64,000 bases of DNA from assembly GCA_900617105.1 (NCBI GenBank), contig UYFQ01000469.1:1-64000 (forward strand), in the 5' to 3' direction. Position 1 is the first letter of the stretch. Each line of letters begins with the position of its first letter. The translations under genes and the position numbers were made by a program. This DNA comes from Hydrurus foetidus. Its lineage: Eukaryota. Shown here one piece after another: positions 26,984-38,071 of the stretch. Below the pieces are notes generated by a model, which was not told the DNA's origin, did no database searches, and saw only the letters and a list, made by a program, of their open reading frames with translations.

Positions 26984-28173
26984 AATATCGGAAGGCTCAA
27001 ATTAAATTGGTGAAAAGTACGAATAAAAAGAAAAAAGAAACAGAGTCCTCATTGACTGTTATTGATTTTTTAAGCGCAATAAAGGTTTTAAGATATTGAA
27101 GTATGAAAAAGAAAAAAACTAATAATTATCCGCTAATATTATTTATCGAATTTTATTTGTTTGTTCATTCTACTTTTTAACTGTCTGGTCTTGTGTTTGA
27201 GTGATGCGATCACTATGATCTGATATCATTGTGGAGGAAAATGTAAATTTATGTCACGCTGTCTTTTTCTTCACATTTTCTATTTGATATTCGACCCTAT
27301 GCGCTAGCAGCTACGAGAAAATTATCACTCGGAATAGAATGGCCGGATCATACCGTATTATACCGTATAAATATACTGAAGTGAGGCATCTTAAGGTCTT
27401 CTACACCGTACAGTACGTACCATACTGGACCGTACCAGACCATTTTTTAGAGTTGGAAATATTTCTGCAGAATGGTCGCTTTAAACGACATTCAGGATAT
27501 TCCTATCGTCAAAAATTACCAAGAAAAAATCGTGAAATTGAAAGTTAAAAATATTCGAATTTTCTCATCCAGCTCTATTTGTCACGGTGGAGAAATCGTG
27601 ATGGACAGATGGAAAATAATGGCAGCCAGCCTCCCTGCAAAGTGCGTTTGAGGAGCAACATCAAAATGATTTGTTTTCAGGAACCTGTCTGGATTCTGTC
27701 TTAGGAGAATACGTCCACCCGCATATGCGCAGTGTTTCAAGATTCAGAATTTGGCCTGGCTGTTTTCTTGATGATAACGTAAGGTTGAAAAAAAAGCTAT
27801 TTCAAAAGCCCGAGATAGAATCCTACGTAGGAACTTTAAAAAACTTTCACGATTAACTGCATTTCAAGTGAATGATCTTCATTTGAAATTGCATTTCAAT
27901 GGAGATTCATGGATCGAGTTTTTGAGATTATCAACCATGTTATTCTCTCCTGACCGCCTACCACAATGTGGTAATGAGAATCCATTTTCTTTTCTAAGAA
28001 CGACATTATTTTCATATCAATATGCATGCTATGTAACCCCTTGCTTCATGCCACAATTCACGGGGATTCTATCGTATAAAAAGGGCTGCCGAACCACCGA
28101 ACACGAAATACGATAGAACTAATTGAAAACCGTGAAAATATTCCATCGCAAAATTTTATCGGAGCAGTCTATC

Positions 28174-28502
28174 TAGGGCTGGTGGTCGACCCCAAAAATG
28201 GAAGTCGACCCGACCAAGGTCTCATCTAGAAAAAGTCGACAAACCATAACCTGGTCGACTTTCGACCCTGGTCGATTTTCGACCGACCACAGAGAATGTG
28301 TGCTCACATACAATAAAACAATATAAAATTCGTATTCATATTCTAAAAATACGTAAATTATGATTTTATGTATTTATCACACTGGTCGATTCTGGTCGGT
28401 CGACTTTTGGTCGGGTCGACTTTTCTGGGAGTGATCGACCGATCAAAAAGGGCCTGGTCGGGTCGACTTTGGTCGACTCAAATCGACCCGGCCACCAGCC
28501 CA
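28174..28502. mobile_element. hAT-type MITE (329 bp)
   Basis: Ends TAGGGCTGGTGG...CCACCAGCCCA. 8-bp TSD AGTCTATC at 28166-28173 and 28503-28510. Many subterminal GTCGAC motifs. Confidence 0.9.
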
Positions 28503-28693
28503 AGTCTATCGTTCCCGTGAATTTTGGGCTCTGCCCTCCGCTGGGTGATCCAAATTGTCTTTATTCAGCTTTTGATTTTTGAAAAATTCTAATTGATTTA
28601 GGATTCCACTGCTTGGAATGGGGAGTCTAATACGATTTATAACCTGTCTAAATCATTCCCAGAAATTTCAGACCCCACAATATCGGTATATTG

Positions 28694-28911
28694 CTGCGTT
28701 GGCCAATATGCAAAAAAGTTCAAAAATATATAGGCAATATGCAATTCCGGATATATATATGCACATATGCAAGCGTAAGTACGAGCGTACGGGCAAGTAA
28801 GAAGCGGACAGCGGCATATGCACATGGCAGAGTACCATGCATATATAAGCGCATATATATGCATTTATACGGTTTGCATAAATAGGCACGTATGCCTATT
28901 GGCCAACGCAG
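28694..28911. mobile_element. MITE with 15-bp TIR and 8-bp TSD (hAT-like, 218 bp)
   Basis: Perfect TIR CTGCGTTGGCCAATA. TSD GTATATTG at 28686-28693 and 28912-28919. Internal ATATGC/GCATAT motifs. Confidence 0.88.
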
Positions 28912-29268
28912 GTATATTGTGCTGGGAAATAACCGGGAAATTTATTTTGTGGGGAGGTTTTTTCGTGTTTTTGAATGAGGTTAAAATAACCGTTATTTAG
29001 ATTCTACTGTCAAAACCCAATTTTCAATTTTCCTGATTTTATTGATCCAAAATGGCAATATTTGCTTCAAAAACGTCAAAAATTGATCCATCAATAATTA
29101 TCGCTTATTATCATCCAAAACCCAAAACCCATTGCGTGAATTCAATCTCTCCTGCTGCACCTGAAACCACTTTTCACTTTTCACTTGTGTTATCGCGGAC
29201 AGAAAACTCCATTGACTGGTGATAAATCGGCTCCATTCGCAATTTTATCCGTCCTAACCAGCTTAAGA

Positions 29269-29928
29269 ATGGATTTCATCAGAAAACTCCATGAGGAACA
29301 CTCTCATGGAGGTGGTGAAACGGTATCCCATGGAAGCATGTCACACAGCTCAACATTCTCTGACTGGAACTCTTACAAGATCATACTGGTGTTTGAAGGA
29401 TACCATATTGAAACGCCGTGGCAATTTGCACTTACCTGTCTTGTAGTAACTTTGGCAGCCATGTTTCTTCACAGCGTAGAATGTTTAATTTCAACGCTAA
29501 AGAGCAGCATGATCCAAACTCTTGTGTATCAGAACACTGAGAATGCTGTGATTACTGGAGACCGTTGTGATACGGCAGCGTCGCAACTAGCTATACTTAC
29601 AAGAGCTGTGCGCCCACGGGGTTGGCTGCTCATTAAAATTATCTCCTCGATACTCTCCGGTTTCAAGTATATCTACCACATGCTTATGATGCTTGTCGCG
29701 ATGTCTTTCAATCCGCTATTAGTGCTTTCTCTAGTCCTAGGATATTTCATCGGGGACTATCTATGCTGTGACTTCCATGTGGATATGAAGATGGGGGTTT
29801 ACAACACAGACGGAAGGGGTTACCTCGGTCCCCCTATTCGCTGGTTGCTGTCCTTTCGAAATTCCCATTATGAAAGAGATGGAGTTCTTCGGGAACAATC
29901 TCAAATGAATCTTATTGCTAACGCATGA
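29269..29928 (+). CDS. Ctr/SLC31-family copper transporter
   Basis: His-rich N-terminus (HEEHSHGG..SHGSMSH), three TM segments, MxxxM (MMLVAMSFN) in TM2 and GxxxG (GYFIG) in TM3. Confidence 0.88.
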   Translation: MDFIRKLHEEHSHGGGETVSHGSMSHSSTFSDWNSYKIILVFEGYHIETPWQFALTCLVVTLAAMFLHSVECLISTLKSSMIQTLVYQNTENAVITGDRCDTAASQLAILTRAVRPRGWLLIKIISSILSGFKYIYHMLMMLVAMSFNPLLVLSLVLGYFIGDYLCCDFHVDMKMGVYNTDGRGYLGPPIRWLLSFRNSHYERDGVLREQSQMNLIANA

Positions 29929-31443
29929 TTCAGAAGAAGAAAAATGAGAAATCGAATTCAAAAACATCTTGTCTGTGCAACTTATCGATTTTCTAGAGTG
30001 TAGTAGCCCACGACATCCACTGCACTTGGTAGCGTCGAGAATTCTTTTCAGAATTGATTTTGCATCGCTCCAAAACTGTTTGTGAAACATATTTATGGAA
30101 CGTATTTGTGATTATGTATGTAATACGTGCTGAGCTGGTGTCACCAAGAAAAGGAAAAAAATCAAGTTTTAAGAGCATTAGGTGCGAAGCAGTCAAATTG
30201 CCAGTGACTAATCCTGAATTACATGGTTACATAGGAGAAGAGAGTAGAGTCGTTGGACTGACTAAATTTAGATGCATGGTGAACCCGCTACACATTTTCA
30301 TGTCTTTCATGTATATAAGCAGAATCGTATACACTCTTTAAACAACGATACTTGTACAAAATACGAATTGGAATGAAGCGCAAATTTATGTTCTGAAGAG
30401 CGAGTTTTTTCATTTTTATTGCCTGGGCAACTATTGCTACACAGCGCTGATTTTTTTTCTCTCGATTTGCTCAACAGTGTACTATCCGTCTGTCCGTTCT
30501 GCAGTGTACGTACGTGAGACATCTCAGTTCATAACACCCCGTGAACTTTGTTCCGAAATCTGAACTGAGAACACGGAATCGGTACACCTGCCTCTCCTAG
30601 ATGGGATGGAGATTCTTCAAGAATGTGCAGGCAGGGCGAAAGCGTAACCCGAGAAATAAAGCTGCATAGCCGCATAATATGCAATTTTGGTGCATTGGCA
30701 CGCACGTACATACGTGCCAAATTGAAAACAGAATCGCCCATCACATCACATCACGTTCTTAAAGTTTATTTATCAATTCCAAAAATTACACGGAGTTTGG
30801 AAATGTTCTACACGGTTTTATTCGATTTGGATGCGTTCTAAAGAATCAGTTGATAGGCTAAGCTACAAGATAAAACTAAAACCAGAATGTTTCTAGCAAA
30901 TGATAGATAGCGAGAAATGAATCATAGACAGTCTTACTCAACTGCTGGAAGGTTTGTTATTCCTATGTACTTAATCTGTTAAATCTACGACAAATGATTC
31001 AGATTGGATTGGGTGCCGGACACTGATTGTTCTCTACTGTACTTAAATGTATACTTGACTGTACGAATTACATGTAAGGAATATTGTATTATTTTGGTTC
31101 AAAAATGGAATGTTCTGGCACTCCTCTCTCTCCTTCTCTCTCTTCCTCCTCCTCCACTTTCTTTCTTTCTTTTTTTCTTTATTTATTTCTTCTTTTCTGT
31201 CTGTCTGTCCGTCTCCCTCTCCTCAACTCCATCTTTCTCTTCCTCCCTTCCCTCTATCTCTGTCATGTTTACATTGAGTGTAGATGTGAGGACATCACGG
31301 TTTCAACAGAGAAGAAGAGAATAGGGGGACGCTGTTCTCTCAAGCCATTCATTCAACTCCATAAGTCCAGATCCCTGATTCCTATTTACCGTGCTACAGT
31401 CAGTCAGTGGCAAGAGTCGTCTATACTATCCCGGCCAGCGCGG

Positions 31444-33629
31444 CTAGTTACGGTATCCCCCTCCCATTTCCCCCTCTCCCTCCTCTCCTCTGTGACCACT
31501 GTGGTCTCCTTCCCCTCCTATCTCTTCAATCGCAGCCCGTCTGACCCCCCTGATAATATCAAATATAATGAAATAGCATCAAATATAATGTCACCACATC
31601 AGACTCAGAAGAGCGTTTTAAGGTCAACAAACACAAGACATTTTCTCCAAAAAAGTTCTTACAAAAAGAATTTGCGTTTGATCTCACCAGAAATATTCCA
31701 CGGTCAGTCCGGCGACAACTTCAGAGGCGGAAAATATTTTGTTTGCCGACCTAGAGGTGATTCCACGAGGACGACTTGATACGGATCCTAGATCCGTTGA
31801 ATTCGCAGATTCTACATGTTCACTATTTACCGTTACTGCTTCTCTTCCTGCTCCTTCCCTCTCACCACCTCCTTCCCTCCCTCCTTTCCTTCCAATTTCT
31901 GTCACTGTTTCTGTTGGTTTATCGGATGTGAACAGCCATCCTAGGTGTGACGCACATTCTCCACACGATGCGATTCTCCAAGCATATCCGGGAAACCAAG
32001 AATCTTCCGCACTAGCGTGAGTACCATGGACTATCACATTCGAGTCTTTTTTCAACGTACGAAATGTAAAAGTGTTGTGTACATACCTGCATTAACAGTA
32101 TAGCCGCATTAGAAGGTTAAATAGGAGAATACGAAATAGAATCAGATGGGATGGAAGGAATTAGACATTGGTCGTATGTATAATGTTGAAATTACTCTCT
32201 GGTACGGAATAATAATCATCGTGAACATCAAATGAAGATATTTCATTGTTTCATTCTACGATTTCTCATTATCATCAATCGTTATTTTTATATCACCAAA
32301 TATCTCATGAAAGTAAAAGAATATTAATGAAGTAATACATACGTATAAAAATGTACGTAAGCACGTACCCGCCACTGTTGACATAAGACCCCACAACACC
32401 AGCAGCTCCAGAAACCGTGAAAAGTTCATTTTTCCGAAACAAAATTTGACCGCAGCAAGAACAACCGATTTGACTTCCTTTGTGTTTCGTCAGCATGGCG
32501 ATTATCAATCTGAAACATTGAGGGGAAGATAAGAGAGGAGAATAGAATACGAATATTGATTAGAGTGAGCTAAGACTTCTAAGTAAGAATATTTAAATAA
32601 TAATAATTTTCCCAATAATTTTGTGAAACGGATACGTACCTTAGTCTTATCACAATATTCTCTGCATCGAGTAATTGTTGCTTCTGTGCGTCATTAATCG
32701 TCATATTGGATGCTAGATAGTATGTCGCTAATGATGGGTCTGTTGAATATATTTCATTAGACGGACAGCACCGCGTGTTAATCGATCCTGGTTTGCCCCT
32801 ACAGCAATTGGGAGATACGTCAAGAGCACTGCTGCTATCAGAACATTCTTCGTTATTCTCCCATTCTTCAGGAGTAGCTGTTGCAGCTGAGTCGCTGAAG
32901 AGCAAGGACTCTTCGTAGAGTTTGTTGGCGATTTCCAGCAGAACAGGTACAGAATTCTTTTCGTATACCTTAGGAGTACAAACATTATGAATACGAATAT
33001 CATACACCGTTTTAAGAAAAAAAAGGCTGCTTAAAGATGAATTTGACATTGTGTTTGTATTAGAGGATACGCAACGCAGAAGAGTGCTCAACGCGAAAAG
33101 AACAATTACTTACCCATGATTGAAACGGGCTCTTCGATAAGGTTTGATGACTGAAGTTCTGATAAGTTTCTGACAGTATTTGTACTCTCGCTATCAGGAC
33201 TCCGTTCAGCAATCTTGGTTCCTCTAAAAATCTGAATCTGTGACATCCTTTTGCAATCAGAGCCATTTCTTCGTCTTCATCCGCGTCACCCAGCAGTCGG
33301 CTGCTGCTACTTGCAAACTGTGATCGATGACCTCTGATCTCAGAGGTCGTTCCTATTGTCCCTAGGTTTATACGTTCATCTACAAGATTTACGATGCCTA
33401 GATGTATAGAGACCAATCCTCCTAGGAAGCTGGTGTCGGCGCCCCTCATTAGACTCATAATTGCGCGAACACAACATTCGTCGCGCAGTCTCATTGGTAC
33501 AGTATCTCCTGGGAAGAGGACCAAATCTCTCATCGGAATGATGAGCAACTCGCACTCATCTCCCTCACTCAAAAAGTTCCGAGATTGCACAACCTCCATA
33601 CCATTCCCCAGGTACGAGTGTAACGCCAT
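31444..33629 (-). CDS. CRBN: Cereblon homologue (LON-N + CULT domain); exons 33629-33114, 32968-32640, 32509-32369, 32086-31688, 31549-31444
   Basis: HSYLG, LVLFPGDTVPMRL, CSCC and CGEC zinc ligands, YVNSGGYVH, SWFPGYAW, HLGWLF, FWGVRR. All four GT-AG introns keep the frame. Confidence 0.93.
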
Positions 33630-33990
33630 CTTCTGATACTACACGCTGAACTTGGATTCTGTCATTTAGTTTCTTTCCTCTCTCTCAAAACGATCGTGCA
33701 GTGGCTGCTGTATTGAAATTCTATGCTTGATGAACGCAGGAGAACGGAAGCAGTCAGATCTTATATGTGCACACGATTGCTACTTCGGAGTAATGGACGT
33801 GGTGCACGTTTTACGTTTCAGGTTTTATGCTGCAGAGGAGATGGTCTCCTCTCTCCTCTGCTGCAGAGATGATGGTCTCCTCTCCTGTCTCCGACGGTTT
33901 GGGTTGGGGTTGGTCAAAAAAGTTGCAAAAAACAAAAAGTTGATGACACCATCAAGGGGTACCCCATGAAAATCGCACTTGCTAAAATCT

Positions 33991-34790
33991 TAGGGGTGGT
34001 GGCCGAGCTTGCCGACCCTCCTCAGCCAGGCCGAGCTTAGTTCATGATCAGCTCGGCCACGGCCGAGGCGCAACTCGGCCACATTTCTTGGCCGAAGCTG
34101 GCCGAGCTAGTTCGGTCTGGCCGAGCCATTTCGGCCTGGCCGAGCTAGTTCGATCTGGCCGAGCCATTTCGGCCTGGCCGAGCTAGTTCGGTCTGGCCGA
34201 GCCATTTCGGTCTGGCCGAGCCATTTCGGTCTGGCCGAGCTAGTTCGGTCTGGCCGAGCTAGTTCGGTCTGGCCGAGCTATTCGGGTCTGGCCGAGTCAT
34301 TTGGGTCTGGCCGAGTCATTTGGGTCTGGCCGAGTCATTCGGATCTGGCCGAGCCATTTCGTTCTGGCCTAGCCTGGGCATGACGGTACAATGTATGACC
34401 GAAAGATGTTTTTTGAGATCACACCGAGGACTTCCCACTGAGACAAGAAGTGTATCTTCTTCATCGAAATAACGAAAAATGTTAGTATTAATATGTTAGT
34501 ATTGATATATAAGAATCCACTGACGCCTAAGTCCATCTTCTGTCATCATGACCTGCCCTTCGGCAATGGAATGATATGCAGAAGTTAGTAGTGGGTAGTG
34601 GGTAGTGGTGTAGGTGTAGGTGTAGAGTTGACGTAGTTGACTGAGTACTTTGGCCGAGCTGGCCGATCTGACCGAGTTGGCCGAGGGCTGGCCGAGCTGG
34701 CCGAGAAAATGAAATTCAGCTCGGCCAAGACCTCGGCCAGTGGCCGAGGCCGAGCTGGCCGAGCTGAGCTCGGCCCGGCCACCAGCCCTA
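33991..34790. mobile_element. hAT-type non-autonomous element (800 bp)
   Basis: TIR TAGGG(G/C)TGGTGGCCG. 8-bp TSD TAAAATCT at 33983-33990 and 34791-34798. Dense GGCCGAG subterminal motifs. Confidence 0.93.
34098..34373 (+). repeat. 19-bp minisatellite, about 14.5 units, inside the hAT MITE
   Basis: Unit CTGGCCGAGCYAKTTCGGT, head-to-tail with variants. Confidence 0.95.
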
Positions 34791-34857
34791 TAAAATCTTC
34801 GTGTGCCGTTTCGCCAACCACGCACGTGCTTCTTATTTTTTATTGAAAGAGGGTATA

Positions 34858-35302
34858 CCGTCGAGTGCCTATTCTTTTACCATTTTCGATTTCCGGTTTT
34901 CGGAATTTCGGGGATTTTTGGCTGTTTTCCAGCAATTCCGCGACAACTAGAGAAGTGGGGACCCCGATGAGATGTGTCAGGTGTTGCCTGAAGTTGTCCG
35001 CATCTTTTGATATATGATGGTTACGAGGAGCAGATCGGCTGCAAATCGCGATCCAAAATGAACTTTCGGTCCCTTGCGATTGAAATTTCTCGATTTTGGG
35101 GAGCGCAGATTGAAAACTGAATAGACAGTGTAACTAAAATAACTATGCTCTTTCCGAATCCACTATCACATTTGTGTGAAATTCTATGTTCGAGGAGTTA
35201 GCAGTTCCCGTTGGCAATTACCGTGTCAAAATTTCCGTGATTCTGACCGTTGTCAAAATCCTATTCTGACTTCAAAATGGCAAAAGAATAGGCACTCGAC
35301 GA
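34858..35302. mobile_element. Tc1/mariner-type MITE (about 445 bp)
   Basis: About 29-bp TIR YCGTCGAGTGCCTATTCTTTTRCCATTTT, flanked by TA (TATA) on both sides. Confidence 0.82.
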
Positions 35303-35309
35303 TATAGGT

Positions 35310-35484
35310 ATTCGGAATAAAATGAACCCTTCCGAAAAGCCAAATATTTTAGAATTCGCTGCGGCGCCACTCCCCACACCATACTAATTTCCTGTTTTTG
35401 ATGATTTAGTATGGTGTGGGGAGTGGTGCCCCAGCGAATTCTAAAATATTTGGCTTTCCGGAAAGGTTCATTTTATTCCGGAAT
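35310..35484. repeat. Foldback palindrome with about 78-bp arms and an 18-nt loop
   Basis: Arms 35310-35387 and 35406-35484 are reverse complements with 4 mismatches and 1 indel. Confidence 0.92.
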
Positions 35485-35560
35485 CGTAATAGTGAAAAGG
35501 TAGCGTGTAGTGTCAGTTCACCGTCGACTGTACGGTACAGTGTGTAGTATGGATTCATTC

Positions 35561-35706
35561 TAGTGTTTTTGCAAACCCGATTTTGACCACTTTTCGCAGC
35601 ACTGCTTGTCGTAAGTCGTATGTGCACTCAAATCCACCGTTACTGCACGCTCCTCAATCCGCGTGTGGTACGAAAAGTGCGAAATCGGGTTTGCAAAAAG
35701 ACTCTA
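35561..35706. mobile_element. Degenerate MITE-like inverted repeat
   Basis: TTTTTGCAAACCCGATTT..CACTTTTCG is mirrored at 35671-35699. No TSD found. Confidence 0.55.
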
Positions 35707-36667
35707 CTCCGATATTAGACGCCACGCTGTTCGAACATATTTGCATTTTTTTGCAATAATGCAAGTTTCAGCCGTTGGTCTGTCGGTCTAAATTCCTTCC
35801 TCCGTTTATTTGTATTAGTAACGCCATACATTTGAAAATACAGAATACAGAATATCGTTGCAGGAATAGATGTGGATCGTGGAGAAGACAATTATCACGG
35901 ATATGGAGTATTTATGTGATGCGTTATATTACGTATCACATATTTTATTGTACACAATTCCCTATGATGTAGTAATAGTGTTATTTTGAAAAGAAAAAAG
36001 AATGTGTACTTACGTACAGAACGTCTCCCTACAGTGCAGTATACCGCGCTATGTGTGTCATTTCGAATTTGGATGCCTTTGGGCTATAGGTCGATGTCTA
36101 GACTCGATGACGAATACAGTGAAAGTCGTAGGGAGGCCAGTGCAATGCTCTTATATCATATTTTTCTTTTTTCATCATTTTATTGTTGGTTTCTTGTACT
36201 TGTATTTGACAGATGACATACTTTCTCTCCTGCAATTTCATCCTATTGTCAAGTATTTGAGTCACAGAGATTTCGGACGTGCAGATTCCACACTTAATTC
36301 CGTCTATTTTGATACTAAATTCAATTGATTTCTGCGTTTGATTTCATCGTCAACACTACTTCAACCGAACGAAAACAGAAAAGAAAAAGAAATCACGAAA
36401 TTCAGTCCTTCTAAAAAGTTCACGGCTTAAATTAGGCGGGTAGCGGCGAAATTAAATGACGTCCCAGCAGGACAAAAAAGAAAAAGAATACAATCTACGA
36501 TAAGTCACGTTAAACTTTCCAAAAGTTTATATGGCGTAGAAAACAGGTAAATAAAATAAATGTAAAATATAAACATGAAATAACTTTTTAATTCCTCTTA
36601 TCTCATAAACTCCAAATAGCAAATGCACGAATATTTCTCACGTTAATTTTAGAATCAATAGTATCCT

Positions 36668-38024
36668 TTACAGATAAACTTTCTTTTTAAGTTTTGGTAA
36701 GACGAATTTTGATCTCGATTGTAGCGTACTTGAGGTGGAAATCATCGAAGAAATCGTCTGCAAAAAAACAAAAGTGAAACAAAAAAATAAAAGGGAGAAA
36801 GTAAACGATTGATACGAGTCATAAGACATTGTTTTGTTATTTGATCCCTTCTTCATTCATTATGTTTACTCGCATACGGTTGAATAATATTGCAATTTAA
36901 ATTAAAAAGATTAATTGTTTTTTCGGACTTTTTTTTATCCAGCATATAGCATCACTTCAAATTTCAAATATACGTCACCCAAGGGGTAGGGGAAGGGAAG
37001 GGGGAGGGAAATTGTGGGGAAGGGTGTGCTTAGACCTTATTCAGATAGATGTGCGTGGTAGAGTAAATATTAAATTCAACATGGACATCTCAGACATGAC
37101 CCTCTTTCATACTAGTAGAATGGGCGTGGGAGGGGAAATGAAAATGAATTCTTTTCGTCTAATGCAAGTAGGACGTTTCGGCTTAGTGGGAACATTTTAT
37201 CACGTATACAATAATACATATTGTACATGAAATAAAGTGAAAAATATATCCATGACTTGATTTATCGTAACACTTACCGATACACTTGTGTTCAACAAGG
37301 AAGAAGAGGAGGATGAAGAAGAGGACACGGATGTGGGGAATGTTCCTGGGACTGACTGTCTTTGCAGCACGTTGCTCGCACTGGCCCTTGGCGGTCTACC
37401 TTCCGGTATGGCCGGTATACTCGGTATGATTAAAAACGGATTATCTAGCCCCTCAAATAACGGTAATTCAAAATCCGTGTTTTCGGGCAATTTTGTTTTT
37501 TTGTTTTTATTTACTACTGACGAAGAGGAACTTGAACTTTTTTTGGAATTTTTTAAAGTGTTTGTTGGTGGAAGCATCAAACTTGAAGTTGAAGTTGAAG
37601 AGAAAATTGGAACATTTTCATCCTTCTTATTCGATTCCTTCTCATTAGAAGTTGATGATATTTCTTTATTTTCATCTATATTCAATGTTATTTCTTTTCT
37701 TTTGCGAGATGCTTTCTTAGACGATTTGTTGGCGGCTTCAGTATTTGAATTTTCAGATGTTACTTCGTCTTTTTTATTCTTGATTTTTTTTAAATTATCG
37801 TTGTCATCTAGTTGCAAATCAGTCTGAAATACGGAATAAGAAAAAAGAAGTACGGATAAAAAAATTGAGAGTTGAGTGTTTGTGTGAGAGATAAAAAAAA
37901 TACAATGAGAGGGCTTCATTACAAGAAGAGGTAAAAGAGGGAGAGATAAAGAAATAGGGAGGAGGAAAGAGAAAGAAAAAGACATTGAGAAAAAGAGACA
38001 TTCAGACTGAGAAAGATGTCAAGA

Positions 38025-38071
<47 letters not shown>

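Noticed and set aside
27300..28165. Additional transposon remnant
   Set aside because: Looks repeat-like (for example AATTCACGGG / CCCGTGAATT around the MITE), but no convincing TIR + TSD could be defined.
31004..31779. 106-aa and 231-aa plus-strand ORFs
   Set aside because: They arise from CT-rich low-complexity sequence and the antisense of the CRBN 3' end.
33630..33665. Stop-codon readthrough or alternative genetic code (in-frame ATG...TAG upstream of CRBN)
   Set aside because: A downstream ATG precedes the conserved HSYLG, and more than 4500 dynein codons contain no internal stops. At most a short uORF.
34098..34373. CRISPR-like array
   Set aside because: Contiguous 19-bp units with no unique spacers, inside a TSD-flanked MITE in eukaryotic DNA; no cas genes.
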